Of a stretch of DNA of 64,000 nucleotides, positions 26,376 through 41,399 are shown piece by piece. The translations under genes and the position numbers were made by a program. The notes beneath the pieces are model-generated. The model had not been told where the DNA came from and did not search any database. It worked only from the letters and a program-made list of their open reading frames with translations. Every line of letters begins with the position of its first letter. Within the stretch, counting starts at the first letter, position 1. Source of the stretch: Eledone cirrhosa (taxonomy: Eukaryota); the NCBI GenBank assembly GCA_964016885.1, contig OZ024742.1, positions 189,534,001 through 189,598,000 on the forward strand, read 5' to 3'.

Positions 26376-27559
26376 CATGCCGTATGGAAACATTAAACAA
26401 GTTACATCATTATATGACCATATCACCATAGTCATACTGCTCACATAAATCACTCAATGCTTTTAATGCCCAACTATCTTCTCAACTGACTTTGGTTTAG
26501 CTATCATATACAAATGTTTTGCTACCATATAATATCACAACACCTGTGGTATCATATAACATATATCATCATCATTTTATGTCCAGCTTTCATGCTGGCA
26601 TGGGTTGGATAGGTCATCACTGACTGAGACATGATATGCTGGATAATCATGCCTTATGCATATGCTCCATAGTTTTATATGGTTTCTATGGCTGGATGAT
26701 CTTCTTAGTACTAAATTTACAGATGTTCTAGATGCATCTTATCATGGCACTGATATAGAGATGTTGTTATGAGCTCAACAACATAAAAAATCTTCTACAC
26801 CTTATATTATCTTTGACAATTGCTAGCCACTTTACAGAGTATACTGAGTGTATTCTTTCATGGCACTAATATTTGGGAGTTTGTCAAGTTCTCAACAAAA
26901 CTATACATTAACATAAAAAGATATATATAAAAGTTGAAATTTCAACTGCTAACATCAATAAACATATCTAAACTCTTTGAAGCCAGAAAAATATCAAATA
27001 AATTGATTTACATGTGACTGTTTTAATTGAAACCAACCTGAAACCAGCCCCTTGTTTTATAACTCAAAATTGCTTGTTATTTATGCATTCTAAGCAGGTT
27101 TCTTTGGGTCAGTACATTTAGAAAATGTAGGTCTAGAGCAAATAGTCCTACATGCTTGTATATAACTATTTATGATGCACAATGGGAAAACTCATGGCAA
27201 AGCATATCGTAGGTTTCACCATTATACTACTAGTCAATGCATCTCACATAATCTATTTAATCAATCTAGTTAGAAAACAAGTAGTAATCTCTCAGTATAA
27301 TATTATCATCACCATCGTCGTTTTAAGGTCTGCTTTCCCTGTTTAGAAAGGGTAGGATGGGTCTATATAGACCAAGTCAGTACTAAAACAATGGCTACTG
27401 ATCTCAGACAATCCAGGGATCTGTTATCTCGCTTATGTACGGTCATGTACAGGGGATGTTGTCATGTCTTTGACACAGTTGAGGGTCCTCCCAGCCCTTT
27501 GTTTGCCAAGCTTTCTACAGCTGGATGCCCTTCTTATCACCAACCAATTTACAGTGTAT

Positions 27560-27852
27560 TCATCATCATCATCATCATCATCATCATTTTACGTCCGCTT
27601 TTCCCTGCTTGCAAGGGTGGGATGGGTCCTATTCAGACAGCATCTCTCCATTCGTCATGGTCCTTCATCATTTCCTCCATGAGCTTCAGCAATCTGAGGT
27701 CAGCTCTCACCACCTCCGCCCATGATTTTTGTGGTCTTCTTCTACTGCATCTTCCTTCTACTGGGATTTCTTGGCACTTCTTTACCCACTGGTCATCCTC
27801 CATGCGCATCACATGTCCATACCAACGTAGTCTTCTCTCTCGCACACTACAT
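27560..27852 (-). mobile_element. RTE-clade LINE 3' fragment
   Basis: RERRLRWYGHVMRMEDDQWVKKCQEIPVEGRCSRRRPQKSWAEVVRADL is a typical RTE ORF C-terminus, followed by a short 3' UTR and (ATG)n tail. Confidence 0.85.
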
Positions 27853-30181
27853 TAATAAAGGCAACTTAAGATATAGGTTGAAATGATATATGGCAATGTT
27901 GAATTCATTTTCTCTCTCACATTTAATGTTTTGAGACGATAAAACAAAAAAACTTTTAATGTTCTGGTAATGAGATCTTTGATTCAGTACATTACCAAAT
28001 CAAATTTTCAGAACTAGGCCATACCTGGAAAATGTCAAGAAAATATAAATGTTAACTCAATAGAACTAATAATTTGATATGATATTTTTATTTCATGCAA
28101 AAATTTGACCCTGAAAAAAATAGTAAAAACTTAAAAATTAATTCAACTGTTAATAATATTTATGCACTTTGTGAACTTTAAAGGTTGAGAAATTGTATTA
28201 TTGAGTTATTTTTAAGATTAGATGTTTGAATTAATTGAAGACCAGAAAGAAAAGTACTGAGATGTGAAGGTCAAGAACTAACTTACTAATCTTTGTTCAG
28301 AATAATAAGAGTTTCACTGGCAGACATGTATTGCATGAAGGAAGGCTGTTTTTAATAATAAAAAAATTTGTGGAAAGGTTGATGTAATATCATTAAAGGT
28401 AAATATTACTTTTTAGATGTGGAGGTGCAAATAGAAAGATAAAATAAATATAAATCAGAGATTTAGGGAGTAAAAACAGCTTCAATAAGGATCGATGTTC
28501 CTTGTAATATTTTGCCAACCACTCAGCAGAACCTTTGATGGTTTGAACCAAAATATTTTAAGTTCAAAGCTACTGGACAAATTTTGATGTGAGCAGCAGC
28601 AATTTTCTCAGCATGGCCTAAGGCTTCTGAGCAGCAGCATATTCATATGTGTAACAGCATCAAAATTTAGATGTATGCAACAACGTTATAAAGCTACAGA
28701 GTAACAACACATTTTGATATGTGTAACAACATTCTAATGTTTCTGAGCAACATATGAACAGCTTAAAAGGAATGATGATAGTGATGCAACAAGAAGAAAC
28801 CCTAGCATAGTTTCACTGTAGTTTAAAAATGTACTTAAAATTTGAATAACTGAATCACAGGGATTGTATTTCAGGAATGGTTATATTACATAATTATCTT
28901 AAAATGTCTACAAAACAATAACCATGGAATCTGCTATTACACAACAATTTTCACAAGAATTTTATTGCTGGATAAAATAGATAATAGGCCTTTTTTTCAT
29001 CATTGATATTTTTCTCTGTAGAGGACATGGGCTTAGAGCTATATAATATGAAAGAGAAAGGATTGTAGTAACTGTTTATAAAACCTTTCACTCCTATATT
29101 TTTAACGAAAATCACTGCCTTTGATGTTCAAATCATTTTTAGAAATAATTAAGAATTTTGAAGTATTTGGTAATTTAACTAAATATTCTCATTATTAGGC
29201 TGATGTTTGTAGCATAACTTAACAAACTTCTCTCACATAAGATTATTATGAAAGGGGTTAACATAAATATAAACAATTTAAAAGAAACAACTTAGTATCA
29301 TAGAACCAATGGGGTGTGTGGTTTCAGACAGTTTTGTATCAAAATGGTTAAGAAGCATTTGCAGAGATTCTTCAATAAATCAATTGATACTAACTAATTT
29401 CCTCCCATGTCAATAATGCAGAGAACTCATATTACTAATATGGCTAAGACTACAGTTACTGTTGCCAATTTTTGGCTAGACTACAATATTTGCAATACAT
29501 AAATCTTAGTTTGCCCAGTCTGCCAGGCCGATAGCAGATACCACCTTTATATCATTGTTGGCTAGTGTGTATCTGTCAAAATAATTGCTACAACTATATA
29601 TATATATGTAAATATTGAAATATGGTAAAAGCAAAACAAAACACTTATATGTTATATATTAATATATGATAGCGCCAAAAAGATACCTTGAAATAGGAGT
29701 ATGCAGCATTTCTTAGTTATTGAATAATTTTAAGAAAAACATAGAAGCAAAATGATATTACTGTATTAAATCAAACAAATAAATCCATACATAGATGTTT
29801 CTGTAAGCAGAACATAAAAATACTGATATATATATATATATATATATATATAATAGTTTAATGTTCTTCTTACAGAAACATTTGTGTATTGATTCAGGTG
29901 TTTGATTTAATATGCACATATTTCATCATCATCATCGTCATCATCATTGTTTTACATCGATTCTTCCATGCTAGCATGGGTTAGACAAATTGTCCTGTTG
30001 TGGGCTATGCTAGGTCAGACGATCATGTCTTGCTCATACAGAACTGATTTTGGATTGGTTTCTACAGCTGGATGCCCTTCCTAACACCAACCTCATTTAC
30101 TGTGGTAGAAGACTGGGAGGTTATATCAGTAGAGTCGAAGTCCTCGAAAATGGTTTATTAACTATTGTGGAATTAACCCCC

Positions 30182-30216
<35 letters not shown>

Positions 30217-30676
30217 ATCCCATCTCCCACCTGTCAGTACACTCCTGAAATCCCTACCAGCATGCCCCTTATACCATTCTCCACTCCAAACCTGAAGAAG
30301 CAGAGCGATGGTACAACTCTCAGGTCCTCATCTGCCAATACACTCCTGACTTCTTTGCTCAACCCATGCTAGCATGGAAATTTAGGAGGAACAACGGCTA
30401 ATTCTCCTTTTTCTCCTGAACTCCTGTACCCACAACATTCTCTGAACCCATAAAAGCCTAGCACATCCCTAAATGATGGACACCATCCAACCATATACCT
30501 CCATGGGTAGCCAAGCATCTTCAAGTTCCCAACCCTTTCCAGCAATAAAATGATGGACTCCAGCTTCAAACTGTATATCTGTATGTGGTTGACTGATGAG
30601 AGAAAGGAGTACTCAATACCAAAGTAGAGTTTTAATATTCATTTTATTAAGGCTGAACAGTGAGTTTAATACGGTC

Positions 30677-30740
<64 letters not shown>

Positions 30741-31404
30741 ACCCCAATGTGACATATACACAAGTATATATGCAAGCTCTTGGATAAATTTAAATAGCTT
30801 ATTTTTCTGTATCATATGCTTAAAACTACAATCCAAAACTCTAATAACAATTTAGTTGAGAGGACATAGACATGTTAATAAAACATTAATAAAGAGAAAT
30901 CTGTCAAATATAAACTTATTTAAAAGCTAATCTTCAATGTTATGCTTCTAACTATAACTGACATGCATATTAATAAAATCCACTAAAGTTTTATGGCAGA
31001 AGTTCCAGTTACATGCAGATGTACTTTGTTCAATTTATTATAAAATCAGAAGGTTAGTAAATAACCAATATAAGTTTATACGTTGCTTCAATAAGAAGAA
31101 AACCTGTGTAATATACTATACAAAGCTACATACAATATAATATTATATAATTGAATTTTCTAGAAAACAACTTTTGCTAGCAGTTCTGTTATTAAGTGAA
31201 ATCCATGTAAAAAGATTGTTTATAGCATCAGGCTACAACAAAACAAATATGTTAAGTATGTTAAAGCCATATTTCATTGATAATACAAGGGTTAGTCTTG
31301 AGGATCCCATGACATATGTACCATGAGTTCTTTTTTCGGGGTATTCTTTTCACTCCCATTTCCTTCCTGAAGCTAACCCTATTAGTCACATCATATAATA
31401 TGCA

Positions 31405-31693
31405 GGGATATGGTAGAGGTACTGCATCAGTTAAGACGAGTGTTCCAGTCGATCCAACCAATGCAACAGCCTGCTGTTGAAAATAACATGCAAGTGGCTG
31501 AGCATTCCACAGACACATGTACGTTTTATGAAGTTCTCAGGGAGATTCAGTGTGACACAGTGTGTGACATGGTTGGTCCTTTGAACTACAAGCACAACTA
31601 TTTTAGCCAGCTGAGTGGACTGGAGCAACACACAGCCAGAAATCAAACTCACAACCTCATGATTGTGAGCTGAATACCCTAACCACACAGCAT
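31405..31693 (-). mobile_element. SINE family B-related (degenerate)
   Basis: Reverse complement of 2735-3050 (cagctgagtggactggagcaac; gggagattcagtgtgacac). Confidence 0.6.
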
Positions 31694-32019
31694 GGATAAG
31701 TGGTTCAGTCTTGCTGCATGCTATCATTCGAGGACATGTGTCTTTTACCATAAGCTTTAGCTTGACACAAAACGTGTAAAAGAAATTGGATAGAGAGAAA
31801 CTGAATATAGTGCTCTATTGACAATACTCATCATCATGACTGTTATACATCTATTGTCAATGTGTGCATAGGTTAAACAGATTGTTACATTCTGTGGCAA
31901 GACAGGTAAGTTGGCAGCATCTTACACATAGTCCATTCTGACATGGTTTATATGGCTGAATGCCTTTCCTAATGCTAGCTATTTAATGGTGTGTACTCAG
32001 TGTTTTTTTTTCATGATAC

Positions 32020-32540
32020 TACTAGTACCAACTTACAGAGCGGGTTTAAGTGCATTTTATCAGAGAACCAACCCTAACCCTTAGAGAGTGGAGCAGGTGC
32101 ATCTTATCATGGCAACAGTACTACCACTTTAAGGAGTGGGCTGGGTACATTTTATCATGGCAATACCACTACCACTTTCCAGTGTGGGCTTGGTGAATTT
32201 TATCATGGCAGCAGCAGTACCACTTTACAAAGTTGGCTAGGTGCATGTATCATGTGATACCAGAGATATAACCTTACAAAGGAGCCTAAGTGCATTTTAT
32301 CATGGTACCAGCACTTCACTTTACAGTGTAAGCATGGTGCATTTTATTATGCCACCAGTTCTACCACACTACAGAGTGGGCTAGGTGCACTTACTCATGG
32401 CACCAGCACTACCACTTTATAGAATAGGCTGGGTGCTTTTTACATCTGCACTGCCACCTTGCAGTTTAGGCTGGATGCATTTTGTCATGGCACCAACATT
32501 ACCACCTTACAGGGTAGCTTCAGTGCATTTTATCATGGCT
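32020..32540. repeat. ~48-bp tandem array x~11 derived from a SINE/LINE 3' segment
   Basis: Unit ~gtgcattttatcatggcaccagcactaccactttacagagtgggctag, directly following ggctgaatgcctttcctaa. Confidence 0.8.
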
Positions 32541-33808
32541 TGATCAAAAGGAAGCAATCAAGTGCTAGGTAAACTTTCCATCCCAACTCACTAGGCCATT
32601 ATCTCTTCTAACATTGAATCATTGAATACAATCTGAGATGCTATTATTGATTTTGTAGGATACTATATGACTAACAATGCAGTGTTTATCATATTTGCTT
32701 TCTGTAAATTTGCAAGTTATAGTTATAACTAACTACAGAAATGATGCATTGTGGGATTGTTTCACTAAGAGATATAATTATGTTAATTCTTTAACAGCCT
32801 AGGCTATCCTGGATAACATGTTTATTTGTAATTTGAAACTGAAACTAGTAATCTAAAAAACATATCTAAGATTGTATGTGTGGAAATATGAAGTTGTTAC
32901 TGCTATACCTGTGAGGTTGGGGTATTAGACTCACAGTTATAAGGTCTTGGGTTCAATTCCTAGACTGTGTGGCACATTGAATTCTTAAGCAAGACATTTC
33001 ATTACTATTTGCTTGAGTTGACTCAGCTGGAAATGAGAATCAGCAGCAGTTGGGAGTTGACACTGCATGTCAATTCTAAGGATACAACCTTGAACTCCCA
33101 GATACATATCTACACAAGGCACTGGACAAATGGAAAAACAGTCTTAACAATTCATCGAAATTTTCTAATTTGCAAAATTATTTAGTCAATCTAGACATGG
33201 TATATGTGTGTGTGTGTATATATATATATGTGTGTGGGTGTGTGTATGTGTATGTGAGTTATGTATGCATGTATGTATTTATATATAAGTGTATATATAT
33301 ATATATATATATAAAGGGAAAATATTCAAAGGACCCTAAGGCATATTTTGAATATTTTGTATTACATAAAATTCTGAACCTCTTCATGTATTGTTAATGT
33401 TGATGTCCTGATTGTATTGCTGTTGCTGTTATTGTCTTCATAGTGTCGTTGTCTCTTCTTACTTTAAGAAATCCACAATTTTTCTAAAATTACTTGAATG
33501 TTTCTTATTCTTCCATTTAACAATGTTTGTGTTTTTATATTCAAAGAAATTACTTGTTGTTTTCAAGTTTCTTTGCTTTACATCATATGTTTTAACAATT
33601 GATAACATTTTACCCAAGAAAACATCTGTTTGTTCTCTATATTACTATTGCAAATGTAATTTATTAAAAGCCTGTTTTATTTTGCCAAATTAAAATGGCA
33701 AAAATATTTATTATTAAATGTCTATTTTTCCATCATATCATTTTACAAATTCCTTTCAATTACTTTCCTAATAGCATGTCTGACATTTTCTGCTTTTCTT
33801 TATATTCT

Positions 33809-33877
<69 letters not shown>

Positions 33878-33889
33878 AATATGTATATG

Positions 33890-34135
33890 TGGTTAAGTTT
33901 GTTTCTAAAACAGCCAGTACAACACAAGTTAGAAATAAAGCAGTGAAAATGGAAGTAGATAAGACAAAACAAAATGGCAGTTTACACTTTTACTTTATAT
34001 CTCCTGATATTTCGGGGATAAGAGCCCTTATCAAAAGATTTAGAAAATACAAGTTAAAAGTGTAATCTGTTTTGTTTTATCTTTACTTATGTTTCCATTC
34101 TTTAGTTTTAACTTGCATTATACTGGCTTAAACTT

Positions 34136-34137
<2 letters not shown>
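33890..34137. mobile_element. Inverted-repeat PLE remnant with decayed hammerhead
   Basis: Diverged inverted arms ~33890-33993/34052-34137; minus strand UUGAUAA-GGG..CCC-C-GAAA-UA-UC; related fragment at 18290-18385. Confidence 0.5.
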
Positions 34138-34169
<32 letters not shown>

Positions 34170-34606
34170 TAGTTCCTTACATTGCACAATTTCTTTTCCA
34201 AATGAATAATTTCATTAATTCCTCTCTTGTTCTTCACACATCTTAAAGCATCTCTCACTCTAGTTTGACAATTTCTTTTTTCTGACTTGACAGCTTGATA
34301 TTTGCATGCATTTAAGAAGTAGCACCACTTTTAGCAAATTTTTTGGCCCCTTGAGACACTTAGGTCATCCTTCTTTCAGTTAGATCACACATCTATATAC
34401 AAGAGTTGTATGCAATTAAGTCCCATTTTTACTAACTCCCTTCAAATATTCTATTTTTTTCTAATGCTGCTTGATGTTTTTATCCTACCCATTTGTCAAT
34501 GCTATATATATATACATATATCTATATATATATATAAAAATATATATACATATATATATTGATATACATATATATTTATATATACACACACACACATATA
34601 TATATA

Positions 34607-34671
<65 letters not shown>

Positions 34672-35484
34672 TGTATATATATATTGTGTTAGTTGCATGC
34701 TGGCTTTGAATATATTATGTATTATCACACTATATATTTTATTTATTTTTTTACTGTTAGAATGAATTAAAAATAATAATTATATTGTAAAGAATATAAC
34801 ATAATGTATATAAGTTATGTATTTTAAATATATTCTAAATAATAGTAATTTGAATTTGTATAATATTACATGAAAAATATCATATATTAAGGCCTTTTTT
34901 AAATAATTAGAATTTTACAAACAATTCTCTCCCACTAAAAAAAAGTGAAGACAACCAATGGAAACCCTGCTGAATAACAATCTTAGACATTTGTTTCATG
35001 CAAAAGATAAAATAGTCTACCTTATACATAAATACATGCTAAACTAATTAACATACTTCACAGCATAATCAACTGATTAGTTGCTGATAACTATATTAAA
35101 CAATATTCATAAAATAAGAATGATACATGTGAACATATACATAAATTTATGTATAAACATACATGTATACACATATATATATATATATATATATATAAGG
35201 ATATATATATAATTCTTATTTTATGAATATCGTTTATATATATAGTATAAATAAAGTTTCATACACTTAACATGTGTGTGTGGCTATTTGTTTTCTAGTC
35301 CAGTTATGGCCATCACTGTATAGTGGAGGAGGCTCTTCCAACTTGGTCCCTCATCAGGCACTTGGACACAAAAAAAATGTTAAGTGTATGAATTCTTATT
35401 TATATTAAATAAGTTCTCTTGCAATAGATTGAGCATTATTTTCCTTTTATCTATGGATATCCTATATACATACATACATACATG

Positions 35485-35520
<36 letters not shown>

Positions 35521-37429
35521 AATGCAGTATCTGTTCTGGCTCCATGCACTGGGAGTTCAAATCCTGCTGAGAACATCTTTGTCTATCATCCTTCTGGTGA
35601 CAATAATTTAGGTACTAGTCAATCTCTGGAGTCAATTCTTCTTCTATCTCACCTTCCATCATTCTCTATTTATCTTTCTCGCTCTCTTTCTTGTCCCCTT
35701 TTCTCAATTAGCTACACTACACTGGGAAAAGAGCTGGAAAAATCCCTCATAGCATTCCTTTATCCTGGAATGAAGAAGGTTCTGTCTCATAGAAAATCTG
35801 TTATGCTACTGGAACTAGCCTCAAATGGTCTGATGTACATCATTTGATATCACCTACTTTTTAATCACCTTCTTTATACTCAATTATTTGGGATCAGCCT
35901 TCTCCACTTCTTCCCAATCATTCATCTTTCACATGATCCTTCCATATTAATAACCATTTGGCATTTCTCTACCCAACTACCATTATCCATATGCATCACA
36001 TATCCATACTAGCACAGTCTTCTCTCTTGCCTTACATTCTACATCTGATTTATCTTATATCCAATATTTTCCCTCTTAACTAAGTTGTTCATATATATTA
36101 TTACATATCCAGTAAAGCTTGCTCATTTCATTTCTTTTCAGCTTTCATATTCTGTGTTCATATTTCATTGTCATACAACTTCTTATTTTATACCAAGTCA
36201 TATCTACATTTCATTCACATAATGGATGTCCTTGTTGTCAACAGAGGTAACTGGTCCCTGAACATTTTCCACTCAATTCATAAATTGGGTTCGACGTTTT
36301 AAGAACACCTGCCATAACTGCTAATTATGTCACATAGGTAACAGAAGCTGTAACCTACTTCTTAGGAATTTGCCAAGTTTTTGTGGGTACTCCTATTGCC
36401 AAGTTCCCCTTTACATCTACTACAAGCCAAGTCTTTGCCAGCCCATCTGTGATCTTACTGTATCTCTCATTTACCGGCAACAGCCTTTCCCATTTAACTG
36501 CCAGGCTCTGTTCGAATGACCTGGTTGTAAAATATCTTTAGATATTGTTTTAATGTCATCCAATGTGTTATAGAATCCATGAGATTAAGAAAAATTATGA
36601 AGTATCAGTTTTATATTAAAGAAAACTGTAAGAGTATCAGTTGTATGTTATCAATTGTAAGTGTGACTGGTTGTTAAAAGAAGAGTAGCTGTATATGGTA
36701 CATAGGTAGTAAGAAACTCTTGGGAGAGTTGGACAGCAGAAGGTCTCCAAAAAAGATCCCCCCCCCCAACCACACCACCTCAAGCGAGTGTTTTGGCCCT
36801 TAACTTCTTATACTCTAAGGGGGCTGGGCTGCATCCAGGTCATGACTCCTGAGTGCCCTTCTGTTGACATTTAGCCATTCAGATATTGGAGATTTGTTGT
36901 GTATTTAAACTGTATGGAGATTTTGTTGACAGGATCTAGCTGAAACTCCTCTCCAAGCTGAAACTCCTCTTCAAACTTATATTTAAATGCTTTCTTGAGT
37001 TTGGAAAAATAGTATTGGTAGTCATGGTAGCAGTGAGACATTAACAGCATCACTGGTGCTGCTACCAACGATACAAACCATGACTCACTCGCAGTTTCTT
37101 CCTTTAGCATGTGTTAAAATACAAAAACTATGCTTCTCATGTGATCTGGTGGTCGTTTTTGTTTCTCCTCTACTAGATGCAGCTATATCTAAATCCTAAA
37201 GTCTGTCTCAAGCCAAGAGACTCATCGGCCAGAGCTTATCAAATATAATTAAGTATTCAGTTTTTCCATACTGAATATGATAGCAGTGGTGTACCATCGT
37301 CTTTCCTTGTTGAGTCAGAATTCTGTCTTTACCAGGTTTGCTCTTAGGTTTCTTGATTCTTGGCTATGAGAATTAATTTATATATATATATATATATATA
37401 TATATCATTATTCATTATTTAATATAAAA

Positions 37430-37530
37430 ATGGCTTCTACAAGACTAGAACTGTTTCATTTGTATGAAATAATCTGGAATGCCCTGATGATTTCATACAA
37501 ATGAAACAGTTCTAGTCTTGTAGAAGCCAT
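37430..37530. repeat. Perfect 41-bp-arm palindrome containing CUGAUGA...GAAA
   Basis: 37430-37470 is the exact reverse complement of 37490-37530; a single-arm copy lies at ~50540-50600. Confidence 0.85.
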
Positions 37531-38606
37531 CTCTATATTAAATAATGATGTTTTTACTCTACAAATGTTTGGATCTACATATATACATATCCCTGAGCAG
37601 AACAAACTAGTTTTGGACCATAAAGCTTGTGGGTTTCTGGATAACTGCCCAGTATGGCCTTGCTTGAAGGTGGCACTACGCAAACACACACACACACACA
37701 CACATATACATATATATATATACACACATACACACACACACACTCAGGACATAAAGAGCCATAATAAATGCTGCAAAGCATTTTGTTTGACTCCCAAATT
37801 TACTAATCCACCTACCTTTATAGAGTCAATATAATATTTGTTATGAATAGTGACTGTTTATTTCGGCATAAGTTAAGTTCAAATATGAATATTTTGAGTT
37901 GAAGATATGTGAACTGTGTATGCCTTGTAGAAGTTGCTGGTATAATATCACATATTGTTATTGTCATTCTTGTGATAATGGTGTTGGTGGCTGCTTTGTT
38001 GCTGATGTCATTGTTATTGTTGTTATTGTGTATGTTTGTATATATTGGCTGTTTCAGAAAGAGTTGGGGTCTGATTATCAGAAGATGATGAACCGCAATT
38101 TGGAGTTCAATCATTATTTTATATAAGTGTTGGGACAAATCATTACAATTATATATAATTATGATATGCAAATCCTGTTTTATTTAATTTTTCTGATGTG
38201 ATGAAATATTTTTTGTTCTATAATCCAACCACCACCATCATCATGATCGTCATTCTTTTATGTCTGCTTTCCATGTTGGTGTGGATCAAATAGAGTGTAA
38301 TGGCTTGAGATTTGACAGACTGCAGAATCATGTCTCACTTGTATGATCCATTTTTGCCATAATTTCTACAGCTGGATACCCTTCCAAACACTAACCACTT
38401 TCCAGAGTGTACAAGGAGTATTTTAACATGGCACCAGAGATACTGTTATGCTCTAAATAATTGTTCATTGCTTTTGTTCAATTGTCACCCCTTTACAAAG
38501 TGTACTGGGTGCATTGTAGCATGGTAGCAACACTACTAAGTATGTCTTAAATCTGACAAGAATAAATGCTACTCACTATCCTGCATCATATCTTTTTAAT
38601 CATTAA

Positions 38607-38827
38607 CCCTTTAGCATTTACATTACTCTATATTTACTATTATATTTTCACGGTAAGGTCTTTACCTCCCATAATTATCTCACATAATATCAAATCTATG
38701 AGATTTTGACATTATTTATTTTGAGAACAACACATTAACATAAGTAAGAGCAGCCTGTTATGGCTAGTTTGAACAGAAAGAGATGAGAGAATTCTGGCCG
38801 GATACGGGCAGTTTAAATGCTAAAGGG
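38607..38827. mobile_element. piggyBac-type MITE
   Basis: TTAA-ccctttagcattta ... taaatgctaaaggg-TTAA: perfect 14-bp TIR and TTAA TSD. Confidence 0.85.
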
Positions 38828-41399
38828 TTAAATATCTAACCAGTTTAACAGTATTTTTCAATTTTATCACACCCTCCCTCAGTTTTCAAGTATCTGCTGT
38901 ATATCAAGGGCAGAATTTAGTCCTTTGTTCAAAGATACAGGAGAGGATATAAAATTAAAATACGCCAGAACCATTAAACTACTTTGTGGATCTCCTTTAA
39001 AAAAAAAAATAATCAAGCATCATTCCACTTAGTCATTTCTTAGCCAGTTTGTCAGCCTACAACATTTATCTGTAATTAACATATCAATACAATTTGAAAC
39101 AATGATATCACAGCTAGTCATTGAAAGCTTCTATAATAAGCTAGCACACATCATATAAAAAATACAGAAGCTCTATGGAATTTTTTCTAAAGCAAAATTC
39201 TACATTGATAAATAAAAAAGAGTTTCTAAATCTCAATATATACTAGATGTAAAACAAAAACAACAGCAAAATCTCTCCATTCATTTCATCATCCATTCTT
39301 TACTCTTAATTTCTCCTCACATTACACTTTATCTTATATTTGCATACATTCTCTTTATCTCTCTTCCATATACATTCTCATTCTTATCTTGTTTTCTTCT
39401 GTCTCTCTGTATCTCTCTATCTATCTTGACTTTTTCCTTCCTCAATCATTTTTTTTTCATATATCAATGTCACCTTTTACTTTCACTTTGTTTGCCTCCC
39501 ACTTTCTCTCAAATAATTAACTCTTTCATTCTTACTTCTTACTTTTCATCCCCTTGGGTTCTACTGTCCTGAAATAATGGTTGCTAGCAGTTTGTGGGGA
39601 AGTGAAAATCAATTAAATTAAATCAACTCCAGTACTTGACTGGTATTTTATTGCATTAATCCCAGAAGTAATGACAAAATAGAATTGGATTTGAACTCAC
39701 AACATAAAGAGCCAGAACAAATACCCCAGAATATTTCTGTCTGAATCTCTAACAAATCTGCCAATCCACTACTCTCAATACTAATAATGGTTTCTGGGGA
39801 AGGGGAAGTCAATTAAGTACTTTATTTCAACCTCAGAAGACTGAAAGACAAAGCTATCTTTGGTGGGATTTGAACTCAGAATCTAAAGAGCCAGAACAAA
39901 AAGTATAAACCATATTTTTTCAACACTCTAATGATTCTGTCAATCCATTTCTCATCTAAGAAGTAGTTAAACTGTCTGGTCAAGCTTTGTTTAGCTGACC
40001 AAAAACTAACTCATGAACAAAGATTTTCATATTTTATAGATGCATATAAATAGAAATTTATATGCATCTAAATATTTTCTGTTCTTGTGTGTTTGTGTAT
40101 CTATTGACAACCTTCAAAGCAAGTGGTGATATTTCTTTATATCCCTTATAGACACTGCAGTACACTGGTTCAATGAATGTCAGCAGCGTATATCATTCTT
40201 AAAATAAAATATGGGTTGATGTCAGGAATGGCAGCCATCTATAGAAAAACTGCTTAAAAAGTCTCACCTAACTCACATTGGTATAGAAAGCAGACATAAA
40301 AATGATGATGTATTTGTTTACGAACATGACAAATATTATCTCATAATGTGAAAGTAATATTTTGTCTGTTAAAATAAAGATTAAAACAGCTGTTAATGAG
40401 GCATCAAACAGAAACTATACAACAGATTTGGTAACAAATCTACTAATTTAGAATTTTATTAAAAATAGTTTATGAAGACCAAGCAATTTAATTAAATTAT
40501 GCTGAGAATATTAAAACTGGATTTGTAGTTGTGATATCTATCCACAAAATACATAGTCAGTACTGCGTAGAAATACATTAGCAAGACATTCTTGAAAAGT
40601 ACAAAATAGCACTAGGATTGTGTTGCATTAAACATTAAAAATTCCTTACATTTTTACAATGATCTGTACACTAGTAAAGATACTTCAAACATTTAAATTA
40701 ACAAACACATTTCTAGACATTTTCTACTACATCATTACAGGATGTTAAGAATTAATGTGAATAGGAAGAGTAAAAGCTTGAATCAGAAACAGATTCTAAA
40801 AGATTCTAAAGCTGTGATATTGATTAAGAATTTAGCAATCAATACAAAAGAATTTGTTTAATGTATGGAGAAGTGACCTCTGGTGGCCGCAGTACTCTAC
40901 AACCCAGCCTAACAATTCATAAATACTTTAATTATCAGTCAATTTTTCTCTCTCCATCTCTTCTTTTGTCCCTCCTTCTCCTTTCATTTCCCCCTCTCTT
41001 TTTCCCTCTTTCTTCTGGTCTCCATCCTCTATCCCTCCCACTACCTCTCTTATACACACACACACTTGAAAGAAGAAACTCCATTCTAGATAAAGGATTA
41101 GAATTTTAAACAATTTTCTTTTTAGAAAAATTAGAAAAACAGGTCATAGTATTTATTATTGTTATGTTCATAACATATGTTAACATGGTATACCTAGACT
41201 AATGGTTCTCAACCCTTTCACAACCATGATGTCCTTTTGTTTAAATGAATGTTCTCATGGTCTCCTTATGCTGCTCCATTTTCTCACCTTGCAGATTGCT
41301 TTGCAGTGTGAATAGAAGGAGAGAAATTTTTATTCTTAAAGATTAATGGATACTCATTAGTCTGTGTATATTATGTTTTTAACAAAGTACTGCATGAGC

